Below, piece by piece: positions 1-9,035 of a DNA stretch of 43,439 bases. Location: assembly GCA_051879635.1 (NCBI GenBank), contig JBJEMK010000081.1, forward strand, positions 1 through 43,439, read 5' to 3'. The stretch's first letter is position 1, and each line of letters starts with the position of its first letter. A program made the position numbers and the translations under genes. The notes under the pieces were generated by a model. It was not told the origin of the DNA, made no database searches, and saw only the letters and a program-made list of their open reading frames with translations. Source of the DNA: Eubacterium sp. Its GTDB lineage: Bacteria > Bacillota > Clostridia > Lachnospirales > Lachnospiraceae.

Positions 1-628
1 TATTTATTCCGGATATTATAATGTGCTCTGACCGCATAAATACAATATGCTGACGGCTAAAAAGAAAAATGTGCTCAAAATCATCTGTATCTGCAAATGT
101 ATCATAAATTCTAAGCTGTTCCGGATGCATTGACATTGCAAGAATATATGCATCTTTGTTACCCGTAATACCTGCATAAGCCTGTCCGTTTAAAGTGCCG
201 ATTATTGTTATATTACCTCCGCTTATAATTCTTGCTCCATGTTCAACATCCCCAATAATGATAATGCTCTTTCTACTTTCAAGTATCTGTCCGTTTTTTA
301 ATGTTCCTTTATAAAAACATCCTACTGATGAATCTTCAGGCAGAGTGACTTTAGAAGATTCTGTGTTAATTGCAGGAAGATTATCTGATTGCACATATGG
401 AACTGATATGCTCGAATTATCTGTTATAACATCAATCAGTTCTTTTTCTTCAGCATAATTAAGATGTCTGCCACTAAAAGTAATGGCAAGACTTGCATTT
501 TGAAAAAAAGACTCGGCTTCTTTAAATTTTAGTGCCAGCTCCTTTTTCAATTCAGGAAAGGAAACTTTATTGTCAAGCATAATTATTATCCCATTCCTGT
601 TTCCTTTGATAAATACTAAAGGTGACAT
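1..628 (-). CDS. minC: Septum site-determining protein MinC (N-terminal ~209 aa; the C-terminal end runs off the window)
   Basis: Missing from the ORF track because no stop lies in the window. Hand translation from ATG 626-628 (GGAG 6 nt upstream) stays open to position 2. It reads MSPLVFIKGNRNGIIIMLDNKVSFPELKKELALKFKEAESFF..., then the MinC C-terminal beta-helix signature IIIGDVEHGARIISGGNITIIGTLNGQAYAG...AMSMHPEQLRI. It follows mreBCD-PBP2, as is usual in Firmicutes. Confidence 0.85.
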   Translation of the reverse strand, partial: MSPLVFIKGNRNGIIIMLDNKVSFPELKKELALKFKEAESFFQNASLAITFSGRHLNYAEEKELIDVITDNSSISVPYVQSDNLPAINTESSKVTLPEDSSVGCFYKGTLKNGQILESRKSIIIIGDVEHGARIISGGNITIIGTLNGQAYAGITGNKDAYILAMSMHPEQLRIYDTFADTDDFEHIFLFSRQHIVFMRSEHIIISGIN

Positions 629-683
629 AATATACTCCTGATAATATATTTGCAATCTGCAATTTTATCATAACGTATATAAA

Positions 684-3509
684 TTAGTCATGTGTATTTG
701 CCGCAGATGAAGGAACACTTGCTTTTCCTTTAAGTATCTGCTTAAGTGAAGTCTCTCCAAAATAATATTCCATAACACTTTTTGTAAGTGTTGCTGCATT
801 TCCTGATGCATCTCCGTATGGGAGTACTACAGTAACTGTAATTTCGGGCTCATCATAAGGCGCATATGCAACAAAAACAGCGTGTGTATTTCGTAACTTA
901 CTTTCCTGCGCCGTTCCTGATTTTCCGGCAATTTTTAAATCAGAATTAGCAAAAAGTGATTGCACCGTACCTTCTGTAATAACCATTCTTAATCCTTTGT
1001 GGATTGCTTCCATTGTTTCTTCTGAACAGTCAACTGTATTGGTAAGAACAGGTTCCTTTTGGTATACCAGTTCATTTTCTGATGTGGTTACTTTACTTAT
1101 AAGAGTCAGTTCATAATTATTACCACCATTTGCTATAGTGCTTATATACCGGGCAATCTGAACCGGTGAATAGGCATTACTTCCCTGACCGATTGCTGAA
1201 TGAACAGCACTTTGAGTAGAAAAATTAGGCTCATTTTCTATTATTTCAATACCAGATTTGGAAGTAATCCCAACCATATCTGCGTATTTCTTTAACTTTT
1301 TAAGACCTAAGTCGCTATTATAATTTCCTTTTGAATCAAGCCCGAGCTGATATCCTGTTTCATAAAAAAATCCGTTACATGATTTACTTAGTGCTTCCAT
1401 TACATTAAGCCATCCATGGCTTGCAGGATAAATCCAGCATTTAGGACTAGGTGTTATTTTAGTAAACTCACCAGCATCATAAAGCTCATCATAAACTCCT
1501 ACTATTCCTTCCTCAAGGGCAGCAAGAGCTGAAATCATTTTAAATGTTGAACCTGGCGCAAGCAATGTCTGAGTTGCCCTGTTATATAATGGATTAGAAC
1601 CATCAGCAAGCAGCATATTCCAATAATCTGCATCAACTGTTCCGGAAAGCATATTATTATCATAACTAGGATACGTAACGAGTGCTAATACGGCTCCGGT
1701 ATCAGGATTAGTAACGACAGTTGAACCTGAACATGGGTCCAGAGCAATTTGTGCCGGTGTAATCGCAAGATCTGTTATTTGTTTTATTATAAAGTTATAT
1801 GCATATTCAGAATTATTTGCAAGAAGTTTATTATACCATGATTCATTATAATCAAGCACATTTTGGTCGTATAATAATATACATATCTGGCTGCCTGAAA
1901 TAAATCCGTTATTAAGGCAGTAATAATATATTTTTTTTGCAAATGCAGTATCACTTTTGAGAGATTTAATAATATATTTAACTAGTGCATTGTATATTTC
2001 ATCTGTAGTAGCATATTCTTCTTCTATATCCAGTTTGGATATATTAATCCAATCATTTGAAATTGCATAAGTAAGAATTTCTTTAAGGCTGATATCACCG
2101 TCTGACCATTTTTTATATTTAGTGGAATCCGTATCCACAGATGAGGAAATAATAACATTTAAAGCTTTTAATTCATCAAATATAATCGTACTGTATTCAG
2201 CATATTCATCAGACAGCTCTGAGTAAGCAACGGGTAAATCAGTAAGTTGTGTTTCTAATTTTGACAGAACAGAATTCCTATAATTTTTATAGGCACTATA
2301 AACTTTTTTTTCATTGTCAGTTGCATCATCAGATGAGAAGTGATTTATATTAATAACATTATTATTAATAAGTTGAAAATAAACTTCTTTTGCTGATATT
2401 AAAATAATACCATCGTCACTGTCCTGTTCATCATCAACATCATAGTTCACAATCTCTGAAACTAAAATACCTGCAATTTTTTGTTCTAATAAATTGTATG
2501 TCGCAATTTGTAAATCTCTGTCCAAAGTAAGATAAACATCATTTCCCGATACAGCATCTTTGGAGTCAATAGTACTTATCATGGTTCCTGTACTGTCAAC
2601 AAATACAGTTTGAGTGCCTCTTGTACCCTGTAACTCAGACTCCATTGATTCTTCAATGCCTGATTTTCCTACTATATCACTAGAGATATAGTCTCCTCCG
2701 GCATTATTTAATTCCTCTAATTGTTCTTCTGAAATGGTTCCTGTGTACCCGAGAATAGGTGCAAAGTATTCACTGTCATTATAAACACGAACATATTCTT
2801 CACTTATATTAACACCTGTTAAATCAGCTGAATTTTCATATATAGCCGCTACTGTTTTGTCTGAAACATTTGTGGCTATTGTTGTGGCAATATATTTTTT
2901 AAATGAATTAAGAGAAAGATTATAGCGTATCATCATAATTTTTAATATGTAATCACCATAATCATCACTTATTTCATATTTAGTATTTTTTAGATATTCA
3001 TAGACTTCTCCTGCTGTTGCGTTAGAATATGTGTGTTTTTTTGTATCAAGATTTTCACCATAAATATTTTTAAGAAATCTTAATTTTGCAGTCTCTGAAG
3101 TTACCGAATAGTCATAATTTCCATTAGAGTCAATAATAATTGAAAAATCATTCTTTATGTTGTCGCCGTTTCCTTCAATTATACATATTGTGTTGTATAT
3201 AATTTCATTCAACTCTGAATTCTTTTCATTTGAACTTGCAATCTGATCCTCAATTGTAACCGCATAAGCAAGCTCATTATAAGCAAGTACGTTACCTTTG
3301 CAATCATAAATCAATCCTCTGGTAGCCGGAACAGAAAGTTCTTTTTCTGCTTTTTGAATATATGTATCAAGATAAAAATCTTCATTTACTATCTGCAAAT
3401 CAAAAAGCCTGCAAATAAGTATAGAAAAAAGACCTATTAAAATAAGCCCAAGGTAAAACATTCTTGATTTAAAAACAGATGCAATTGTTTCTAAAATATC
3501 GCTAATCAA
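684..3509 (-). CDS. mrdA: Class B penicillin-binding protein 2 (elongasome transpeptidase), unusually long at 941 aa
   Basis: N-terminal TM helix (FYLGLILIGLFSILICRLF). Pedestal motif PATRGLIYDCKGNVLA. Intact transpeptidase motifs STFK (SxxK), SCN (SxN) and KSGT (KTG-type). TTG start 10 nt after AAGGAG, overlapping the mreD stop by 8 nt. Lies directly downstream of mreBCD. Confidence 0.9.
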   Translation of the reverse strand: MISDILETIASVFKSRMFYLGLILIGLFSILICRLFDLQIVNEDFYLDTYIQKAEKELSVPATRGLIYDCKGNVLAYNELAYAVTIEDQIASSNEKNSELNEIIYNTICIIEGNGDNIKNDFSIIIDSNGNYDYSVTSETAKLRFLKNIYGENLDTKKHTYSNATAGEVYEYLKNTKYEISDDYGDYILKIMMIRYNLSLNSFKKYIATTIATNVSDKTVAAIYENSADLTGVNISEEYVRVYNDSEYFAPILGYTGTISEEQLEELNNAGGDYISSDIVGKSGIEESMESELQGTRGTQTVFVDSTGTMISTIDSKDAVSGNDVYLTLDRDLQIATYNLLEQKIAGILVSEIVNYDVDDEQDSDDGIILISAKEVYFQLINNNVININHFSSDDATDNEKKVYSAYKNYRNSVLSKLETQLTDLPVAYSELSDEYAEYSTIIFDELKALNVIISSSVDTDSTKYKKWSDGDISLKEILTYAISNDWINISKLDIEEEYATTDEIYNALVKYIIKSLKSDTAFAKKIYYYCLNNGFISGSQICILLYDQNVLDYNESWYNKLLANNSEYAYNFIIKQITDLAITPAQIALDPCSGSTVVTNPDTGAVLALVTYPSYDNNMLSGTVDADYWNMLLADGSNPLYNRATQTLLAPGSTFKMISALAALEEGIVGVYDELYDAGEFTKITPSPKCWIYPASHGWLNVMEALSKSCNGFFYETGYQLGLDSKGNYNSDLGLKKLKKYADMVGITSKSGIEIIENEPNFSTQSAVHSAIGQGSNAYSPVQIARYISTIANGGNNYELTLISKVTTSENELVYQKEPVLTNTVDCSEETMEAIHKGLRMVITEGTVQSLFANSDLKIAGKSGTAQESKLRNTHAVFVAYAPYDEPEITVTVVLPYGDASGNAATLTKSVMEYYFGETSLKQILKGKASVPSSAANTHD

Positions 3510-4035
3510 AGGTTAAAGTACTCCTTGTTTTATTTGATAAAAATTTTCCTGTAAAAATATATAAAACTTTATATATAATTAATGCAAGAACAAGTGTAAT
3601 TATCATTTCTGGTAAAATTATATTAAAAAAATAAAATGAAAAATTTAATTTATTACGCAGTAAAAATCTACATATGAAATAAACAAAATTATAAGAAAAA
3701 TCACTGCAAAAAACTAATGATAAAGGCAAAATTATATTATCATCATAAAATAATTTGTTAAATAGCCCGTTAAAATAACCGATATACATATATATCAGTG
3801 CATTTAGGCCTATTACTTCTCCGAAAAATATATCTGTAAGCATTCCACATAAAAATCCAATAAATAAGCCTTCATTTTTACCAAGCATAAATCCCAAAAC
3901 ACAAGTTATTATTAGCATCAGATTGGGTTTTGTAACAGATGTAATATCAAAATAATTAAAAATGGTGCTTTGAAGTAAAAAGGAAACAATTATAATGATA
4001 AAAATAAGTATGTATTTTCTAATACTTTTAACCAT
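3502..4035 (-). CDS. mreD: Rod shape-determining protein MreD
   Basis: 177-aa polytopic membrane protein with about 5 hydrophobic helices, immediately after mreC. Size and position are typical of MreD. Confidence 0.8.
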   Translation of the reverse strand: MVKSIRKYILIFIIIIVSFLLQSTIFNYFDITSVTKPNLMLIITCVLGFMLGKNEGLFIGFLCGMLTDIFFGEVIGLNALIYMYIGYFNGLFNKLFYDDNIILPLSLVFCSDFSYNFVYFICRFLLRNKLNFSFYFFNIILPEMIITLVLALIIYKVLYIFTGKFLSNKTRSTLTFD

Positions 4036-4049
4036 TTGAATGCCTCCTT

Positions 4050-4901
4050 TTATTCTTCTCCCGTTTCTTTTAATTCAGTAATAACCAGCACATTGGAAAT
4101 GTGTTCAAAATCAACCGCCGGAATAACATATCCTGATTTTGTAAGGTTGTTTGCATCCTCAGATAAATTAGTAACATAACCAACAAGTATTCCCGGAAGA
4201 AACTTAGAACTAATGTCTGAAGTAAGAACCATATCGCCCTCTGATACATCCGCATCTATTGAAATATCTGAAACAAGAATGTAGCCATCTTCTATTAACT
4301 CAAGGTCACCACTTACAATAGCACTGTCAGAAGTGCTTGTAAACTTTACACTGACACTGGAGTCATCATCAATAATGGAGCGCACTTTGGCATAAGTAGA
4401 ACCTACTTCTGTAACAATTCCTACCAGACCACCATTGCTTATTACATTCATATCAGTTTTAAGTCCGTCATTACTGCCTTTATTAATTGTAAAAGTATTA
4501 AACCAGTTTCCAGTATCACGAGCAATAACTCTTGCGGCCACTTTATCATATTGTGAATATTCAGTATCAAGATTGTATAAATCCCTAAGATTGTCAAGCT
4601 CATATTTGCTTTGAGCCAATTGTGTATTTTCTTCTGTAAGCTCATCAACCCTTGCTTTAAGGGATTCATTTTCAGCAATTAAATCTTTTTTATATGCCAT
4701 CAAAGATGTTTTATCAGAAAACCATGTGCCTATACTGTTTATTCCTTCCTGCATTGGTACAATAACTGTAGCAACAGCATCTTTTACAGGTTTTCCAAAA
4801 TTGGAATTAATATATGACATAATAATACACACAATACAAAATATTGTTAACAGAAATAGTATTAATTTTGATGGAATCGTAAATTTTACACGATTTTTCA
4901 T
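4050..4901 (-). CDS. mreC: Rod shape-determining protein MreC
   Basis: 283 aa. N-terminal TM anchor, coiled coil (LIAENESLKARVDELTEENTQLAQSKYELDNL) and C-terminal beta domains (GLVGIVTEVGSTYAKVRSIID; GILVGYV). Lies between mreB and mreD. Confidence 0.9.
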   Translation of the reverse strand: MKNRVKFTIPSKLILFLLTIFCIVCIIMSYINSNFGKPVKDAVATVIVPMQEGINSIGTWFSDKTSLMAYKKDLIAENESLKARVDELTEENTQLAQSKYELDNLRDLYNLDTEYSQYDKVAARVIARDTGNWFNTFTINKGSNDGLKTDMNVISNGGLVGIVTEVGSTYAKVRSIIDDDSSVSVKFTSTSDSAIVSGDLELIEDGYILVSDISIDADVSEGDMVLTSDISSKFLPGILVGYVTNLSEDANNLTKSGYVIPAVDFEHISNVLVITELKETGEE

Positions 4902-4912
4902 TACTTTACCTC

Positions 4913-5959
4913 TTAGTAAAAAGTTTCTCTTGGAGTATACATCAAATCTTTAAGCTTGGGATTTGTAACAATTTGTGAAACACCTCGTATTACAGATTCT
5001 CCAGGGTCTCTTACAGTGTTAACCTTCAGTTCAGTTTCCTTAGAAATAAGAATATCCAGATTTTTTATTTCAGAAGAACCACCCGTAAGATAAATTCCTG
5101 TGTCAATTATATCCGCTGAAAGCTCAGGCGGTGTACGCTCAAGAAGAATTTTAATTGATTCTACAATGGACGAGAGATTTTCATTGATGGCTTCATGAAT
5201 AAGTTCTGCCGAAATCGGTCTGCTACATGGCAGTCCCGTAATAATATTGCGTCCATAAACCTCATATGTGTCATCGGCATCTTCATCGTCCCAATTTTCA
5301 TCATCTTCATCATAAATGGCATTTGCCAATTTAAATTTTAATATTTCTGCAGTCTTTAAGCCAATAAGCATATTATATTTCTTTTTAACTATATTGCATA
5401 TTGCCTCATCAAATTTATTACCGCCTGTTTTTACAATCTTGCTTATTACAATACCACCCATTGATATTACTGAAATTTCAGTAGTGTCTGCACCTATGTT
5501 CACAATCATGTTGCCTTTTGCGGTGGAAATATCTATTCCTGCACCTATAGCATCGGCAATAGGCTTTTCAACAGCTTTAATATCTTTGGCTTTAACATTT
5601 GAATCTGCAATTACATCAAAGAATGCACGCTTTTCTACCTCTGTTACATTAGATGGAACAGCCATGCAAAACTTGCCCATACGTACTACTTTTGGATAAT
5701 TTATTTTTATAAAAAACTTTTCAAAAAGTGTACGCATATTTTTTATGTCTGCAATTACACCAAACTTTATAGGAAAAGAAACACTAATATTTTCCGGTGC
5801 TTTCTCATACATCTCAAATGCATTGTCACCAAAATCAAAAAATTCATCTTTACCTTTAATGGCAATTATATTTTTTTCATTAGTTATGCTTTTTGATTGT
5901 CCGTTATAGATTTTTATATTGCTGGTGCCAAAGTCAACACCATACATATGCTGAGCCAT
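4913..5959 (-). CDS. mreB: MreB-family actin-like rod-shape protein (divergent)
   Basis: 348 aa. Actin-fold motifs: phosphate-1 VDFGTSNIKIY, EKPIADAIGAGID, phosphate-2 IVNIGADTTEISVISMGGIV, adenosine GIYLTGGSSEIKNLD. RBS AAGGGAG. Heads mreC/mreD. Notably divergent from canonical MreB (see findings). Confidence 0.8.
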   Translation of the reverse strand: MAQHMYGVDFGTSNIKIYNGQSKSITNEKNIIAIKGKDEFFDFGDNAFEMYEKAPENISVSFPIKFGVIADIKNMRTLFEKFFIKINYPKVVRMGKFCMAVPSNVTEVEKRAFFDVIADSNVKAKDIKAVEKPIADAIGAGIDISTAKGNMIVNIGADTTEISVISMGGIVISKIVKTGGNKFDEAICNIVKKKYNMLIGLKTAEILKFKLANAIYDEDDENWDDEDADDTYEVYGRNIITGLPCSRPISAELIHEAINENLSSIVESIKILLERTPPELSADIIDTGIYLTGGSSEIKNLDILISKETELKVNTVRDPGESVIRGVSQIVTNPKLKDLMYTPRETFY

Positions 5960-5975
5960 ATGAAACTCCCTTCGA

Positions 5976-6671
5976 TTACAAAATTCCCCGTTCTCTGAGG
6001 CTTATGTATCTATTATCTCCAATAATAATATGGTCAATAACTAAAATTCCAATTAATTTACCTGCTTCAAACATTCTTTTTGTTGAATTAATATCCTCTC
6101 TGCTTGGTGTGGGATCACCACTTGGATGATTATGCATTAAAACAATACTTACTGCATTGCATTTTAGTGCTTCAATTAGTATCTCCCGGGGATTCATTAA
6201 CGATTGGTTAACTGTACCTGAGGATATAATAACAGATTTTATTAGAAATGATTTTGTGTCTAAAAATAAAGCGTAAACTACTTCATTTTCTTTATGGCGC
6301 AAATCTTCCATATAATATCTCGCAATACTTGCAGGATTTGAAAATTTAAGTGATTTTTTAGAAGATGACATAGAAATACGTTTAGATAACTCAGAAATAC
6401 ACAGTATCTGTATAGCTTTAACTTTGCCAATTCCATTAATTGAAATAAGTTCTTCAAAAGAAATATGCATTAATCCTAAAAGACCTGTATGCTGAGTGCT
6501 AAAGGCAAGAACCTGTAATGCAAGCTGTAATGAACTAAATCCCCTTGTCCCCGTTCTGATAATTACAGCCAAAAGTTCTGCATCACTTAATGATTCCGGT
6601 CCTGCTTTGAGACATTTTTCATATGGTCGCTCTTCCATAGGTAAATCTGATATTTTGTTATAATTTGTCAT
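5976..6671 (-). CDS. radC: RadC-family JAB/MPN-domain protein
   Basis: 231 aa. N-terminal helix-hairpin-helix region (INGIGKVKAIQIL) and C-terminal JAMM motif LMHNHPSGDPTPSREDI. Canonical position just upstream of mreB. Confidence 0.9.
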   Translation of the reverse strand: MTNYNKISDLPMEERPYEKCLKAGPESLSDAELLAVIIRTGTRGFSSLQLALQVLAFSTQHTGLLGLMHISFEELISINGIGKVKAIQILCISELSKRISMSSSKKSLKFSNPASIARYYMEDLRHKENEVVYALFLDTKSFLIKSVIISSGTVNQSLMNPREILIEALKCNAVSIVLMHNHPSGDPTPSREDINSTKRMFEAGKLIGILVIDHIIIGDNRYISLRERGIL

Positions 6672-6721
6672 AGAACCTCCTTATAACTGTATCCCTCTCC
6701 AGCATAAGTCGGTTAAAGGTA

Positions 6722-6750
6722 ATATTAACATATTTTAAATATGATGTACA
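6722..6750 (-). promoter_or_regulatory. Candidate sigma-A promoter for radC-mreBCD-PBP2-minC
   Basis: Minus strand reads TGTACA - 17 nt - TAATAT, with a TG at the extended -10 position (TGTTAATAT). It lies about 50 nt upstream of the radC ATG. The -35 matches TTGACA at only 4 of 6 positions. Confidence 0.3.
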
Positions 6751-6774
6751 TAAAAATTATGTGAAAATTATAAT

Positions 6775-8055
6775 CTAAATTTCAACAATTTTTTCATCAT
6801 TCATTATCTGAAGTGCTTTAAGTATTCCCAACTTTGCATGATACCATGTAAGGCCTCCCTGAAAATATACAGCATATGGAGGTTTTATAGGTGCATCAGC
6901 GCTTAATTCAATAGATGAACCTGATACAAAAGTTCCGGCAGCCATTATAACATTACAGTCATATCCCGGCATATCCCATGGTTCAGGAGTAACATGACTG
7001 TCAATAGGCGCAGCTGCCTGTATGCCTCTGCAAAAAGCAATTACAGCTTTTTCTTCTCTTAATATAACAGATTGGATTATGTCATGCCTTGTTTCTCTGC
7101 CACCGGGCACCACTTCATAACCTAACTGTTCGAAGATATTTGCCGCAAAAATAGCGCCTTTTAAAGCTCCTGCCACTACTGTTGGAGCTAAAAATAATCC
7201 CTGATAAAATGAATTCATAATGCCTAAAGATGCACCTACTTCTTTTCCTAATCCCGGTGAAGTAAGTCGATATGCCGCATTTGCAATACAATCAGATGTT
7301 CCTACTATATATCCGCCTATCGGAGCGAGTCCTCCACCCGGATTTTTGATTAAAGAACCTACAGTCATATCAGCACCTACATCTGATGGCTCAATTGTTT
7401 CTACAAATTCACCATAACAATTATCTACCATAACAATTATGTCAGAATTAATTGATTTCACAAATGTAATTGCTTCTTTTATTTGTTCTACTGATAATGT
7501 AGGCCTGGTCTGATAACCTTTTGAGCGCTGTATTGCAACGATTTTTGTTTTATGACTGATTAAATTTTTTATATTATTAAAATCAAAAGAACCGTCAGGT
7601 TTTAAATCAGACTGCGCATAAGTAATTCCATACTCCGCTAATGAACCTACAGAAGGTCTGATACCTATTACCTCTTCCAGTGTATCATATGGTTTTCCGG
7701 AGATTGAAAGCAGTTCGTCTCCTGGGCGTAAATTTGAAAACAATGCTAATGCCAAAGCGTGTGTTCCACAGGTAATCTGTGGACGAACAAGAGCCGCCTC
7801 TGTATGAAAAACATCTGCATATACAGATTCTAAAGCATCACGGCCTATATCATTATATCCATATCCTGTAGTGCCACTTAAATGTGCTTCGGAAATTTTA
7901 TTTTTTTGAAAAGCGGATATTATTTTTAATTGATTGTATTCTGCAGTTTTATCAATTTGTTCAAATCTGTCTTTTAAATTTTTCTCTATTAAATTTCCAT
8001 AATCTAATATTTTTTTTGAGATTCCAAGTTCACTGTAAATTTGTTCTAACATCAT
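6775..8055 (-). CDS. ynbB: PLP-dependent Cys/Met-metabolism family protein (YnbB / 'aluminium resistance protein' type, COG4100)
   Basis: 426 aa. Contains the SLIKNPGGGLAP motif (PLP-lysine context typical of this family). Resembles the methionine gamma-lyase-like proteins commonly found next to miaA in Firmicutes. Confidence 0.75.
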   Translation of the reverse strand: MMLEQIYSELGISKKILDYGNLIEKNLKDRFEQIDKTAEYNQLKIISAFQKNKISEAHLSGTTGYGYNDIGRDALESVYADVFHTEAALVRPQITCGTHALALALFSNLRPGDELLSISGKPYDTLEEVIGIRPSVGSLAEYGITYAQSDLKPDGSFDFNNIKNLISHKTKIVAIQRSKGYQTRPTLSVEQIKEAITFVKSINSDIIVMVDNCYGEFVETIEPSDVGADMTVGSLIKNPGGGLAPIGGYIVGTSDCIANAAYRLTSPGLGKEVGASLGIMNSFYQGLFLAPTVVAGALKGAIFAANIFEQLGYEVVPGGRETRHDIIQSVILREEKAVIAFCRGIQAAAPIDSHVTPEPWDMPGYDCNVIMAAGTFVSGSSIELSADAPIKPPYAVYFQGGLTWYHAKLGILKALQIMNDEKIVEI

Positions 8056-8066
8056 AATTCCTTTAT

Positions 8067-9020
8067 CTATATAATATTTTTTTGATTGATGATTTTAATC
8101 ATATCATTAATCAGTGCATTTTTATCATTATTGTAATCAGCATAATTAATCTCGGTTACATCCTGTTCACGTTTGAACCAGGTAATTTGTCTTTTTGCAA
8201 AATGTCTTGTGTCTCTTTTTATAATATAAATCGCTTCATCTAATGATATTTTGCCATCCAGATAATCAATTATTTCTTTATAGCCTAATCCCTGCATAGA
8301 GGTAAGATTTTTATTGTACCCCATATTAATAAGATTTTGTACTTCTTCTACAAGACCTTTGTCTATCATTAAATCAACACGATTATTTATTCTTTCATAT
8401 ATTACTTCTCTGTCATTGTTTAATACAAAGTATACAAAATTATATGCAGATTTTTTTTGGCGCTGCTCGTTGTTATGAACAGATATTTTAGAACCAGTCA
8501 GTCTGAAATATTCTATTGCACGTATAACTCTTTTTACATTATTTGCATGTATTATACTTGCGGATTCAGGGTCAATTTGATTTAATAGATTATGCATATA
8601 TTCCGGTCCATTTGTTGAAGCAAGTTTTTCAAGTTCTCTACGGACCGAACCATCATCATTAGTTGGAGTAAAATCAATATTATAGAGAACAGATTGAATA
8701 TAAAAACCTGTCCCACCGACTATTATAGGTATTTTTCCCTTTTCTCTTATTTTGTTAATATACTCCGTAGCTAATCTTTTAAAAATGCTTATATTAAATT
8801 CTTCATCCGGTTCAAATTCATCAATTAAATAATGCTTTATACCATCCATCTCTTCATTACTTATTTTAGCGGAACCAATATTCATATATTTATATACCTG
8901 AATAGAATCGGCACTTATAATTTCTCCATTTATCTTCTTGGCAAGTGCTATTGAAATATCTGTTTTTCCAACAGCCGTTGGTCCTGTTATTATTATTAAC
9001 GGTTCATTATGATTGTTCAT
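8067..9020 (-). CDS. miaA: tRNA dimethylallyltransferase MiaA
   Basis: 317 aa. P-loop ITGPTAVGKT, then ISADSIQVYKYMNIGSAK and IIVGGTGFYI. Downstream of mutL. Confidence 0.95.
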   Translation of the reverse strand: MNNHNEPLIIITGPTAVGKTDISIALAKKINGEIISADSIQVYKYMNIGSAKISNEEMDGIKHYLIDEFEPDEEFNISIFKRLATEYINKIREKGKIPIIVGGTGFYIQSVLYNIDFTPTNDDGSVRRELEKLASTNGPEYMHNLLNQIDPESASIIHANNVKRVIRAIEYFRLTGSKISVHNNEQRQKKSAYNFVYFVLNNDREVIYERINNRVDLMIDKGLVEEVQNLINMGYNKNLTSMQGLGYKEIIDYLDGKISLDEAIYIIKRDTRHFAKRQITWFKREQDVTEINYADYNNDKNALINDMIKIINQKNII

Positions 9021-9035
9021 TTATATTTCTCCGAA

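Noticed and set aside
629-683. Tandem ATTGCA-G-ATTGCA and a TGATAAAAT extended -10-like element between PBP2 and minC
   Set aside because: The -35 partner is poor and overlaps the PBP2 stop, and the 6-nt duplication is too short to distinguish from chance in AT-rich DNA. At best it is a weak internal promoter, which I cannot support.
8056-8066. Absence of hfq after miaA, where many Firmicutes have mutS-mutL-miaA-hfq
   Set aside because: Only 11 nt separate miaA from the ynbB-like gene, so hfq is simply not here. Absence from one locus says nothing about the genome and is not a feature of this sequence.
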